Source: Callorhinchus milii | Taxonomy: Eukaryota | Direction of reading: 5' to 3' | NCBI RefSeq assembly: GCF_018977255.1 | Contig: NW_024704743.1 | Location: forward strand, 12,092,001-12,156,000 | Length of the DNA: 64,000 nt | In this document: one piece after another, positions 11,978 through 23,716 of the stretch | Layout: each line of letters opens with the position of its first letter | Numbering within the stretch: the stretch's first letter is position 1 | The notes under the pieces: generated by a model | What the model was told of the DNA's origin: nothing | Databases searched by the model: none | What the model saw: only the letters and a program-made list of their open reading frames with translations | Program-made: the position numbers and the translations under genes

Positions 11978-12963
11978 GTAATTATACATTATTATCTATG
12001 ATATAATATCGTTATTATTGTACATAATTATTTTATATAATAACATTATTATGATATAATATTGTTGTGGCCGTTTGTGTGACACTGCTGTGCACAATTG
12101 TCTGCCATGTTTCACCCACAAAATACACAATCAATCCACTTTGCAGTATGTTCTGTGATGGGCTTTGGGATGTCTCAATCACGTGATAAAGCGCTATATC
12201 AAATGCAAGGATTATTATACGTGTGTTTTTCATTAACCCGATTCCGATTAAACTGGGAGAAATTCACTCCCTAGTTCAGAACTACTCGTATTTTTCTGAA
12301 TGCTTCTGAGCCATTGGCAGATTCTAAATTTTGAAGTGTTTTTTACCTATTGGTTCTTTAAACCATCCTGTTGGTGTCAGCCTGGCTCAGTTGGTAGGAC
12401 TCTCCTCTGAATCAAAAGATTGTGGGATCAGCCATCCAGGTTGAATTGTGTGTCTGGAATCAAGGCGTGACCCAGTTCTCTCTAACCTTTTCTCTTTCTC
12501 TCCCTCTTTCCTCAACTAGGGCAATGATTTTCATTGAGTGCTATTGCAGAATCCCCCTAACTCTCATTCTTTTACCCTATTTCTCTACTTCCTTTCTCTC
12601 TCTCTCTCTTCCTCCCTGATCTTCCACCTCAATCCTCTGTCTGGCTAGCTCAAGTCTTCTGCCCTTTCACTTCCTCGTCCAAACTACCATTGGTGGCCAA
12701 GCCTTAAGTTCCTACCCCAATAACCTCTGGGACTCCCTCCCCCTACTCTTCTACCTCATTTTCTCTCTCTAGTCTTAAATATTGCCTTAAAACCTACCTC
12801 TTGGTTGGCGATAATAATAATGTAAGAAATGCTAGACGAAAAAAGACCAAGGTCCATCTAGTTCACCTTCCACCTTCCTGACGGTTGCATATGTCCCGAA
12901 CCACCTATGCACCTACTACCTGCTACCCATAATGTTATTTCCTAAAAGAAAGCTATCTAATCT

Positions 12964-13275
12964 TGTGGAGTCCTGTAGCTCAGTGGTTAGAGCACTTGCT
13001 TTGCAAGCGAGAGACCTGAGTTCAATTCCAGGCAGGCGAAACCTTGGGCAAGTTTCCTTACTCCACACAGAGCCTAATAATAATCCCACCAAAACCAATA
13101 ATAAATTGGTCATTTTCAATCTACGACTGTTTGTGGGACATTGCTGTGCGCAATTGGCTGCCGTGTTCGCCCACAAACATACAGTCAATTCACTTTACAG
13201 TGTTCTGTGAAGCGCTTTGGGACGTCCTCCCGACGTAAAAAGCGCTATATCAAATGCAAGGATTATTATTATTAT
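12964..13275 (+). mobile_element. Young tRNA-headed SINE
   Basis: Same consensus as 1046-1360. Confidence 0.92.
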
Positions 13276-14360
13276 AATCCGCATTTGAAAGAATCAACAT
13301 TTCCTGCTTCAACCGTCTTCCTAGGTAGCCTGTTCGACTGGTTTACTGTTCGCTGACTGAAATAGTGTTTCCATAGATTTGTTCCAAATTTGACCCCATT
13401 CAATCTCAGGATCACTTCTCCTTTCCCTCCTTCTCTTCCTGCTCCCCTCAATCTCTCCCTCTTTCTTTCTTTTCCCTCGCTTGTTGTTGATGCATTTAGA
13501 AAAGAGATACTTTTCTTCTGATTTATCCAACTCCTTACATTGGGGTTAATCCAGTGGTCCGTTTATAGTATTGATTGGTCTCTGTGTGCAGTAATCCCTC
13601 ACAGATCCCTGACTCCATTCTCAGTGGTGAAGTCATAGAGATCCAAACCCATGGCATTGAGCTTCCTGCTCATGGATCAAAATTAAATAATTCCCCTGTG
13701 TTGGTCCTGGTAGTCCGGTTGCTGAGCCAGGCTGGTCTGCAGTAACTCTAGGGCCCTGGGGGTGACTAGACCAGCTTGCTCATTACCACAACTTGGAGGA
13801 ACAGACCAGTCATTGGGAATGTGATTTGTTCCACTCAGCTCCTGCTAATCCTACAAGCCAAAGCCCTAATGAGTAGGACTGTGCTAGCTGGACAAGCAGG
13901 GGAAAGGTTTAAGTGCTCACAATAGCACAGTTCACAGTTCCACGCATATGTGGAACTTAGTTCGGTTTGGATACTCGCGCATTGTTATGGGTTTGCACAT
14001 GTGTCAGACACCTAACTGATTCCCCCCTTCCAAATTTTTTAAAATGCAGTCACTACATTTGAGAGTAATTCCTGTGACGTGCTTTCAGAATTATAAAAGC
14101 TTTCTCTTCCTGCACGGAGGGAGGGAGTGAGGGAGGGACAGACACACTATCTCGCCTATCATCATTTGCACACCACACTGTAAAGGAACAAGAGTAGGCC
14201 ATTCAGCCCCTCTGTGAGATCAGTGTGGTTAGCATCCAGCCCGGCGGGTGATTTTATTCGGCTCACGACCATTTCCAACATTCCAATTTCCGCTCCTTCC
14301 CTCCCTGGTGAACGTCCTCCCAGGACAGCAGCATGAGAGTGGGAGAGCGCAGCGCAGAAG

Positions 14361-14870
14361 GGAAATAATACTGGCCATTACTGCAGTCTGTCAGGAAGAC
14401 AAGTGCATCTCTTACCAACCGCTTCCTTAGCAACTTAGTCCTTGTGCTGCAGTTAGTGGGAATGAGAGAATGAGAGAATGGGAAGAGGGGGAGAGAGACG
14501 AAGGGGAGAGAGGGGGAGTGAGAAAGGTTGGGTGTGAGAGAAAGGAGGAGACGGGGAAGGTGCATTGTGAGAGGGAAGAGAGAGTGTGAGAAGTGGAGAG
14601 AGAGTTATTGAGTAATTGAGAGAGAGAAAATGTGCAAGGGAGAAAGAGACGGGGGGAGAGAAGAAGTGTGTCTCCCTCTCTCTCCACCTCTCCCTCTCTC
14701 TCTCCCCACCTCTCTCTTCCCCTCTTCCCACTCTCTCAATCCCTCTCTCTCCCAATCAGCCACGTAGGTCACTCCTATCTACAGCGCCAGGACTAAGTTG
14801 CTAAGGACACGGTTGGTAAGAGATGCGCTTGCCTTCCTGACAGACAGCAGTAACAGCCAATATTATTTCC
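14361..14870. repeat. Fold-back element: 96-bp inverted arms around a GA-rich then CT-rich spacer
   Basis: 14361-14456 versus the reverse complement of 14775-14870: 12 mismatches, no gaps by my count. Confidence 0.9.
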
Positions 14871-15524
14871 ATTCTCCACGCCGAGTCCTCCCAACCGCCA
14901 GCTCCTGCTGCTAATAATAATAATCCTTGCATTTGATATAGCGCTTTTCACGTCTTCTAGATGTCTCAAAGCGCTTCACAGAATAGACTGTAAAGTGAAT
15001 TGACTGTATATTTGTGGGTGTCTGTCAGGAAGCCAATTGCACACAGCAGTGTCCCACAAACAGTCGTGGATTGAAAATGACCAATTTATTATTTATTTAT
15101 ATATATTTTTTTGGAGGGGAGGAAGTGGAAGTTGGAATGTTGGAAATGGTCTTAGGCCAGATAATATCACCCACCGGGCCGGATGTGGCCCACGGCTCAC
15201 GCTGGATGCCGCCCACAGACCTTTCTCAAGTAGGGAGAACACACCCATGTTAGATCATGGCTGATCTGTTCCTCAACTCCAGTTACGCACCTTTACTCCA
15301 TATCCCTTGATATCCTGATCTTTGAATGCATCCAGCATCCACAGCCTTTTGAGGGAGAGAGTTCCAGATTTCCATTATCCTTTGTGTGCAAAAATACTTC
15401 CTGATTTCACTTCTAAACGGCCTAGCTCTAATTTGAAGATTATGCCCCCTTATTCTAGATTCCCCCAGTGGAGGAAATAGTTTTATCTATGTTTCTCATG
15501 TTAACGCCTTGGTCTGTCTTCCAG

Positions 15525-17233
15525 GTATTCCTTTGCAGGAAGTGACCTGAGACCGATGCTGAGTCAGGAGCACTATCTGGGACCACAGCAGCAGAGGCAG
15601 GCTCACGGTGCCGGGATTCCTCAGCAACTGAGGCGATCGCTGTCCGTGGACTTGAGCAGGTCTCTAAGCGTCCAGCAGGTCAACAATGGGTTGACCCTCC
15701 CTCAGCACTTTCCACCTCAGGGTGTGCAGATGCAGCAGCACAACATCCACGGGCAACCGTTCATCGAGCTTCGTCACAGGACCCCGGAAAGCAGAGCCCG
15801 GCTTCCCTTTGCCCAAGTGGGACCCGGCCCAAGTGGGTTTGACCCATCGAACCAGCACCCGAGACTTGGTGTCTTTATGTCAGGGCAGGAGGGCTTCCCC
15901 CTAGTGCAGGGCCTGAGGCAGCTGGACTCTATATCTGTCCAACACGGCATGCCCAACCACATGGAAATGCCTGGTAACTTGGTGCAGCAGATGCATGTCA
16001 ACCATCCAGGAATGCCCCTCTCCCGCTCCCTTAGCAACCCACCCTCCAGCCAGACCTACTCTTCAATGCTGGCGTTGGGAACTGGCAATGCTTGCGCCCA
16101 AGAGAGTGATGGCATGGTCGAGAAACTGGACCCTGACGATCCCTCAGTGAAAGATCTGGATGACAAGGATCTGGAGGGGGTGAGGGATCTAGATGACGAG
16201 GATCTGGAGAACCTGAACTTGGATCCGGTGGATGAGAAGGGCGACCCCGACCTGGACAATCTGAACATAGAAACCAATGACCCTCACCTCGACGACCTGC
16301 TGAAGTCCGGAGAGTTCGACCTCATTGCTTACACAGACCCTGAGCTCGATCTGGCCGACAAGAAGGACATGTTCAACGAAGAATTGGAACTCAACGATCC
16401 AATGGATGATAAGCTGGAAGACGAGAGCAAGGTGGAAGCTGACCAGGCGAGAGTAGGTGAGACCGCCGGTGCCTTCACTCCCAAAGAGGAGGCTATAGAG
16501 GCCACAAACGAGGGACCAGGTGAAAGTTGTCCCAAAGATCCGACGGACACTGTAAAACTTGAACCCAGTGGAGCCGATGACCGCAGTGGGGCTTCTTGCG
16601 TCGAAGGAGTGACCGAGTCCAAGATGGCAGATGTGCCGAAGGAGAGAGGCCCTGACTGTAATTCCCGCGAGGACGGAGATGTGGAGCAGGTGAAGGAGGA
16701 CGAAAGGCTGGATGGCAACCGAGGATCCAGTGAAATGAGCCCTGATTCCCGGTCATCTTCTCAAATGGCCGTGTCCACTCCAGTGCTATCAAGCTTGCTG
16801 ACCGAGAAGCCAACTAACCTGGGGTTTGGGTCACTGGGCTCGCTATTGCCTCAGTCAAACCCGAACCCCAACATGCCGCTGTCCCCCAGCATGGTGATCT
16901 CTCAGGGGCAGACGGCGGAGAATACAGCAAGTCACAACTTGCAGTTGGGGCAACGGCTAATCCATGGCTTCACTCAGGGCCCCTCTTTGAATCAGAACTT
17001 CCTCCAAGAGCAGCAGGCAGCCAGCCAACCGGGCAATACGGCGACTCCGCAGCAGATGATGCTCCCTCAAACCATGGGTCCCCAGGGCCAGCGAGAGAGG
17101 CCCCTTCTTCTGGAAGAGCAGCCTCTTCTTCTGCAGGATCTTCTGGAGCAGGAAAGGCAGGAGCAGCAGCAGCAGAGGCAGATGCAAGCCATGATACGGC
17201 ACCGCTCCACCGATTCCTTCTTCCCCAACATTG
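15525..17233 (+). CDS. KMT2C: KMT2C exon ~38 (1709 bp), acidic region and LxxLL motifs (LDDLL, LSSLL, LQDLL)
   Basis: ttccag|G TAT TCC TTT ... AAC ATT G|gtgagt; ORF 15556..17289. Confidence 0.95.
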
Positions 17234-17254
17234 GTGAGTACAGGCTTCAGGTGC

Positions 17255-17880
17255 CAGCCTGGCTCAGCGGGCAGCACTCCCACCTCTGAGAAGGTTGTGG
17301 GTTCAAGCCCCACGTTGGAATCACATTTGGCTGCTGAGGGACGGATGTCAGATTTGAGAAATGTCCACGGGCTGCATAAACAATACTTTATCCTGATTGG
17401 CCAGTCCTCTTGCCAGGCAGAGCCTGAGCCCCTGATAACCATCACCTGATTGGCATGGGGTCTGCGTATCTCCTGTATTTGTTTGTTGGATAATGAAGTT
17501 GGAAATGGTACGCAGGCCAGATGAAATCAGCTGGGCCACCAGTTGGACAACCCTGGTCTAAGCTGACATTCCAGTGCAGTGCTGCGGGTATAATGCATTG
17601 TCGGAGATGCCTTCCTTTGGATGAGATGTTAAACCGAGGTCTCATGTGCCCATTCAGGTGGATGTTAGAGATCCCATAGCACTATTCAAAAAAAAAAAGA
17701 AAATTTCTCCCAGTTTCTTGGCCAATACATCCCCCAGAATAAAATTAGTCACTTGACAATGGCTGCTCCGTTTCGCCCACAAAATATAAAGACAATCCGC
17801 TTTACAGTATATACTGTGAAGTGCTTTGAGACGTTTCAATGACTTGATAACGCACTATATCAAATGCAAAGATTATTATT
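17255..17880 (+). mobile_element. Older DeuSINE (SacSINE1/AmnSINE1-like) with a nested hAT-like MITE
   Basis: Head cagcctggctcag...gaaggttgtgggttcaagcccc; Deu core ggatgagatgttaaaccgagg...caggtggatgttagagatcccat. Related copies at about 3519, 22245, 31500, 41055, 44343, 47600 and 59090. Confidence 0.8.
17331..17555 (+). mobile_element. hAT-like MITE family A, 5'-eroded copy
   Basis: Collinear with 63624-63961; ends gttggacaaccctg. Confidence 0.75.
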
Positions 17881-18002
17881 TTTATAGTTTTGTGCAATAT
17901 TAAATCTTAAAACAAAAGGTCGCAAGGGCTAAGACCAGGCAGAATTTTGGGCCTAAGATGTTGGTTCATTTGTACCAGAAGTTCTGAACTTTCTTTTTAC
18001 AG

Positions 18003-18114
18003 ATTTTGATGCCATCACAGATCCCATCATGAAAGCAAAAATGGTAGCGTTGAAGGGAATCAACCGCGTTATGGCCCAAAACAACCTGGGGATGCCACCG
18101 ATAGTGATGAACAG
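18003..18114 (+). CDS. KMT2C: KMT2C exon ~39 (112 bp), (D)FDAITDPIMKAKMVALKGINRVMAQNNLGMPPIVMN
   Basis: ttacag|AT TTT GAT ... AAC AG|gtaaag. Confidence 0.95.
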
Positions 18115-19605
18115 GTAAAGATGCGATGTATTTCCTCATTAGGAGGGGAAGAGTGGAGGAAAATAAGAGGGATCTCCTTGGCTTCAAGCACCATATGTGT
18201 TACCTGGTGACTGTCTGGTTCATGTACAACACTTATCACCTCCTGAGTCAGAAGGTTGAGTTTAAACTCCTCATTGGGACTCCAGTCTAGTCTGACACAC
18301 CAGTAATTGCTGGGGAAGTGCTGCATTAACAAGGTGACCGTGTCGGAGGACGCTAAACTGCGTCCCATCTACGTATTCATATAAATGCTAAGATGACCAC
18401 TCCCTTGCCTCTTTCAAGGCCCATCTCAACACCTTCCTCTTCGACTGTGCCTTCGGTCATTTTCCCATCCTTGGGACTTCCTCCCACTATAAGTGGAATT
18501 TGTAGTTGTTGATGCTGCAAAAGACCCATGGTGCTATTCAAAAAGAGAATGGAGTTTCTCCCTGTGTCTTATCCAACAATCCCTCAAATAAAATTGGCAT
18601 TCACACACTCTGGGTGGCCCCAACCTTTAGCTCTTGCCAAATTGAGCCTAATACTCTCCGGAATTAGGTGAGCAGGGTGAATTCCTCCAGGGAGGCAGTG
18701 CACATTCCAATTCCAGACACAAAGAAATTTTCACATGTAGGTGACATGCATTGGCTGCTGCATTTCGCCCACAAAATACACAATCAATCCACTTTATGGT
18801 ATATTCTGTGAAGCGCTTTGAGACGTCTTAACGATATGATAAGGAGCTAAAACAACAACAAGATTACATTTGTATAGTGCCTTTCACATCTGTTGTACGA
18901 ATTTGGAATGATCTGCCTGAAAGGGTAGTGAAGTCCGATTTGATAACAGTTTTTAAGAGAGAACTGGATAGGTATCTGGGGAAGGTGGATTTGCAGGGTT
19001 ATGGGGAGAAAGCTGGTGATTGGAGTCAGTGAAAGTGACTTGCTCTGTCAAAGAGCCGGCACAGACGCGATGGGCCGAATGGCCTCCTTCTGTGCCGTAA
19101 CATTCCTCCAAAACCAAAAACAATAATAAATTGGTCATTTTCAATCTACGACTGTTTGTGGGACATTGCTGTGCGCAATTGGCTGCCGCGTTCGCCCACA
19201 AATATACAGTCAATTCACTTTACAGTGTGTTCCGTGAAGCGCTTTGGGACGTCCTCCCGACGTGAAAAGCGCAATATCAAATGCAAGGATTGTTGTTATT
19301 ATTATTCTATGAATCTATGAAAAAAAATCTATGCATCTGGAGGACGTCCCAAGGCATCCCAAGAGCTAAATCAAATGCAAGGATTATTATTATAAAAAGC
19401 CAAAGTGTATTTTAAAAAGAAAATATGGGAGTGAAATTGCCTCGGAGCACTGAGAAACACTGAAGTAAAAAGCGTGATGTTTTAATTAACACCCACGGTG
19501 CTGCTTAACACCTACTTAGAAAAGGGGATCAGCAAGTGTTTAACACATGACCTCCTGCCCAGGTATGACAGCCTGCTCAATGCCAGCTTCCCAGTGCGCT
19601 GAGCT

Positions 19606-19691
19606 CGGTTAGTGCCATGGGTGTTAATTAACACATCACACATCACCCATGCGATGTGTGATGCGTTAATTAATGCCAATGGCCCTAACCG
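19606..19691. repeat. 86-bp near-perfect palindrome (39-bp stem, 8-nt loop)
   Basis: cggttagtgccatgggtgttaattaacacatcacacatc-acccatgc-gatgtgtgatgcgttaattaatgccaatggccctaaccg. Confidence 0.92.
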
Positions 19692-19801
19692 TTGGCCAGT
19701 GGTTAGTATTTAGCTATACGTTGCCCTCTCCCTATATGTTACACTCTGCTCAAGGCATTAGGTCACGACTTTTTCACATGTGATTTTCAACCTTTTTGCA
19801 G

Positions 19802-19883
19802 ATTTCCGTTCATGGGACAGCAAATCTCCGGCAACCCAAGCAATGATGGCGGACAGAATCCCATCAACCAAGGAGTTGGCTCG
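19802..19883 (+). CDS. KMT2C: KMT2C exon ~40 (82 bp), (R)FPFMGQQISGNPSNDGGQNPINQGVGS
   Basis: ttgcag|A TTT CCG TTC ATG ... GGC TCG|gtagat; phases match both neighbours. Confidence 0.9.
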
Positions 19884-19929
19884 GTAGATAAAAAATATCC
19901 TTGCATTTGCAGTTGATATTTACAAATAT

Positions 19930-20335
19930 TTCTTCCCCTGCACCCCTCGCTCTCTCTCTCTCATTCACTCACTTTCTTTCACTCAATCACTCACTCTCTC
20001 ACTCATACACACACCTGCCTCTTACTCTCTCACTCCACCTCTCCGTTTTGCCATTCTTTTTTTCTTCTCTCACTTTCTCTCGCTCTCCCTCTCTCTTTCA
20101 CTTCATTCCTCTCTGCCCTTTTTTTCCCATCTTTCGTTCCCTGTTCTGTCTTTCTGTCTTTCTCTCCCTCCTCTCTCTTTGTCCATCTCTATCTCTTTTT
20201 CTTTCTCCATCTCTCTAGCCCTTTCTCTCGTTCTCTCCCTGTCCGTCACTCTCTCTCTATCTGTCTCTCTCACTCTCTCCCTGTCTTACCCTGCCTTACT
20301 CCCTGTCTCTCTCTATCCATCTCATTCTCTCTTTA
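19930..20335. repeat. CT-rich low-complexity/microsatellite tract filling most of intron ~40
   Basis: Degenerate (CT)n/(CTT)n. Confidence 0.9.
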
Positions 20336-20393
20336 TGGTACAAATGTTACATGCAGAGCAAGGCTGAATTGTTGCTGTTTGGCTTGTTTTCAG

Positions 20394-20457
20394 GATGGAA
20401 GTTTACCCCCTCAGATGTCTCGCCCAAATCCTCCAACGTTTGGTCCTGGCTTTCTAA
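20394..20457 (+). CDS. KMT2C: KMT2C exon ~41 (64 bp), DGSLPPQMSRPNPPTFGPGFL
   Basis: tttcag|GAT GGA AGT ... TTT CTA A|gtgagt. Confidence 0.93.
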
Positions 20458-20689
20458 GTGAGTATCTGTGCAGAGATTCTATTACACGGCAATTGTAAGG
20501 GTCTTTTGTCCATTCGCCTTGTCTGTTTGAGGGGATTTTGCATGATATCCTCTTGGTGGTAATAGTGTGAGCTGAGCATTCTCCAGAACACAAGGTGGAC
20601 AAAAAGGGATGCGATGTATCCCTTTTTGTGCAATGTAATTCTGTGCAATGTAACAAAATAAATTTTCTTGGTTGAATATTCCTTTGATG

Positions 20690-21240
20690 TATGCCTTTCA
20701 CGTCGGGAGAATGTCCAAAGACGCTGGACAGTCAAGAGTTTCGGACCCGAGCTGGGGGTCGAGATTGGGGAGGGTGGAGGGCACGGGGGGAAGCAAGGAA
20801 AAGAACAGTCGAAGAGGAAGGTCTTGAGACAGGTCTTGAAGGAGGCAAGGGAGGAGGCGCGGTGGAGGGACTGCGGGATGGAGTTCCAGAGGGTGAGGGC
20901 AGAGTGACAGAAGATCCGTCTACAAAGGTGAGACAGCCGAGGTGGGGGACATGAAGCAGGCTGGAGCCCGCTGAGCAGAGGGAGCGAGCAGGAAGGTAGT
21001 GGGTTTGGAGGTCGCAGAGGTAGCGGGGAGCAAGACCATGGAGGGCTTTGAAGGTGTGGACCAGGATCTTGAACTGTATCCTCTGTGTGGTGGGAAGCCA
21101 ATGGAGTCAGGCGAGGATGGGGATGATAGGGTCACGGAGCATGGTGCAGGAGAGGACTCGAGCTGCAGAGTTTTGGATGATCTGTAGCCTATGGAGGGGA
21201 GGCCGATAAGCAAGGAGTTTGCATAGTCGAACCTCGATGT
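20690..21240 (-). mobile_element. L2 LINE 3' fragment inserted into a hAT-like MITE (family B)
   Basis: Minus-strand L2 C-terminal peptides (LWNSIPQSLH...FKTCLKTFLF); MITE halves at ~20650-20685 and ~21255-21357. Confidence 0.8.
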
Positions 21241-22934
21241 AATGAATGATGTAATGACTTACCTATACTAGTGCGAATGTTCGGCAGTGGGGATGGGGCT
21301 TCTTGACAGGCTCCCTGGGCTACTTCTGGCCCATGGGCCACAGGTTGGCCACCACTGTTTATGTATGAATCCAGCAAGTGGGAATGTTGAGAGAAACTCA
21401 GCCTGTGGCCTGTCTTAAATCACACTGCCTCCTACAAAACACACAGTCAGTACACTGTACAGTATATAATAATAATAACCACCTCTTCTATAATCATTAA
21501 CACACAATGGCCTCCTACGCTGTTCAAACAAAGCTCAACACAAGCTCAAAGAACAACACTTCATCCACCACCCAGGCACCTTACAGCCCTCTGACCTCAA
21601 CATTGATTTCAACCACTTCAGACCCTAACCACAGCCACCATCTTCTCTCAGCCTTGCCTCCCCCCACACCACTTCTATAACCAGTAACACATCTAAAATG
21701 TTTCCTTTGTCTTTCTGTCCCCGACCCCTCCTCTGCTTGTCCTTATAATCTGCTCCCTCCCAGTTCTGAAGAAGTCATAGACCTGAAACGTTAACTCATT
21801 TTGCTCTCTCCATGGATACTGCTTGACCTGCTGCGTGTTCCCAGCGACTTCTGTGTTTATAATAATAATCCTTGTACTTGTTATAGTGCCTTATCACATC
21901 ATTGACACATTTCAAAGCGCTTCACAGGATTTACTATAAAGCAGATTGATTGTGTATTTTGTGGGAGAAACACGCAGCCAGTTGCATACAGGAGTGTCCC
22001 ACAAATAGCCGGGGAGTGAGTGACTAATTTTATTTGGGGATTGTCAGCCAGGACATTAGGAGAAACTCCCTTCTCTTTTTCAATAGTGCTTTGGTATCTT
22101 TAACATCCACCTGAATAGGCAGTCAGGACCTCGGTTTAATTTCTCATCCGAAGGTTTATCTGTGAACAACAATTTGCGCCCTTCGTGTGGGATAGGGTCT
22201 TGGAAACCAGGTGATTGAATAAAAGTTGGTCTAATGGAAAGGTGTCAGCCTGGTTCAGTTGGTATCACTCTGGCCTGAGTCAGAAGGCTGTGTGTTCAAG
22301 CCCCAATGCAGGTCTTGGCATCCATGTAGCCTATACTGACACCACAATGCAATGCATGGGATGTGCTGACCTTCGGATGAGAACTTAAACCGAGGCCCCG
22401 CCTGACTGTTCAAGTGATGGTTAAAGGTCCAATGGCTTAATTGGAATAGAGACAGGAGTTTCTCCCGGTGGGAGATTGCTGCGAGAAAATTGGCTCCCAC
22501 AAAATACACACAGTCACTGCACTTCATGGTGTATCCTGTGAAGGGCTTCCTGACATGAAAGGCGCTTTATCAAATGTAAGGATTATTATTATTGTGCGGG
22601 GGGGTGGGAGTGTGAGGTGAGAAGCTACCCACTGAGCCAACGTATGTTTGGTCATAAGAACATTGCTAGATGAAAGATGACCAAGGTCCAGCCAGTTCGC
22701 CTACCACCATCCTGACAGTTGCATGCGCATGTTGTATCCCAAAATAACCTGCATCCCACGATATTATTTCCTATAAGAACGTATAAAGTGGTTGGGTGGG
22801 TGACTGATTGGCACATGCGGAAACCAATCACCGTGCAAACCAGACTTGAGTTCCACGTATGCATGCCGGACTCTTCCGGGGAGGAGGGAGGGGGAGATGA
22901 TGTACAAATGGTAACGAGCGGTGTTCCTCGGCAG

Positions 22935-23167
22935 ACGACGCCCAGAGGAAGCAGTACGAGGAGTGGCTGCAGGAGACTCAACAGCTCCTCCAGATGCAGC
23001 AAAAGTTCCTGGAGGAGCAGATCGGGGTTCACCGCAAATCCAAGAAGGCTCTCTCAGCCAAGCAGCGAACTGCCAAGAAGGCTGGCCGTGAGTTCCCGGA
23101 GGAGGACGCTGAGCAACTCAAGAACGTGACCGAGCAGCAGAGCATGGTGCAGAAACAGCTGGAACAG
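22935..23167 (+). CDS. KMT2C: KMT2C exon ~42 (233 bp), coiled coil (N)DAQRKQYEEWLQETQQLLQMQQK...QKQLEQ
   Basis: cggcag|AC GAC GCC ... GAA CAG|gtaccc. Confidence 0.95.
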
Positions 23168-23221
23168 GTACCCTAACCTGGTTCATCCATCATAATAACA
23201 ATAATAATAATCCTTGCATTT

Positions 23222-23383
23222 GTTCGCCAACAAAATAAATATTCTTGATTGAACTTATGCCATAAATCAAGAAATATTCAATCAAGAAAAAATTGAAAAC
23301 ATGCTCCCGATTGAACACGGACTTACCTAGACTTGTTTGGAGTGGGGGGAGCTTCTTGATGAGCCACAGGTTGGCCACCACTG
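23222..23383 (+). mobile_element. hAT-like MITE family B fragment (TIR CAGTGGTGGCCAACC)
   Basis: Ends ggttggccaccactg, as at 21357; internal sequence shared with 47663-47816 and ~7896-8000. Confidence 0.75.
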
Positions 23384-23716
23384 CAATACAATAATTGTAT
23401 TATAACCATGCACAATTTCCTGCCACATTTCACACACAAAATATACAGTTAATTCACTTTACAGTATATTCCATCAAGCGCTTCAAGATGTTTCAACGTC
23501 ATTATAAGGCGCTATATCAAATGCAAGAATTATTATTATGACAGTATGCATTTATATCACGACAAGAGGATGCCTCAAAGTTTTGTCCGTCTGAGGGCCT
23601 GTCTGAATGTTCAGGTGGATGCTAGAGATCACAAGGCATTATATAGATAATAATAATCATTGCATTTGATAATGCGCTTTTCACGTCTTCTAGACGCTTC
23701 ACAGAATATACTGTAA

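Noticed and set aside
23320..23330. ACTTACCT, matching the U1 snRNA 5' end (also near 21257)
   Set aside because: Only an 8-nt match inside MITE family B, with no further U1 similarity.
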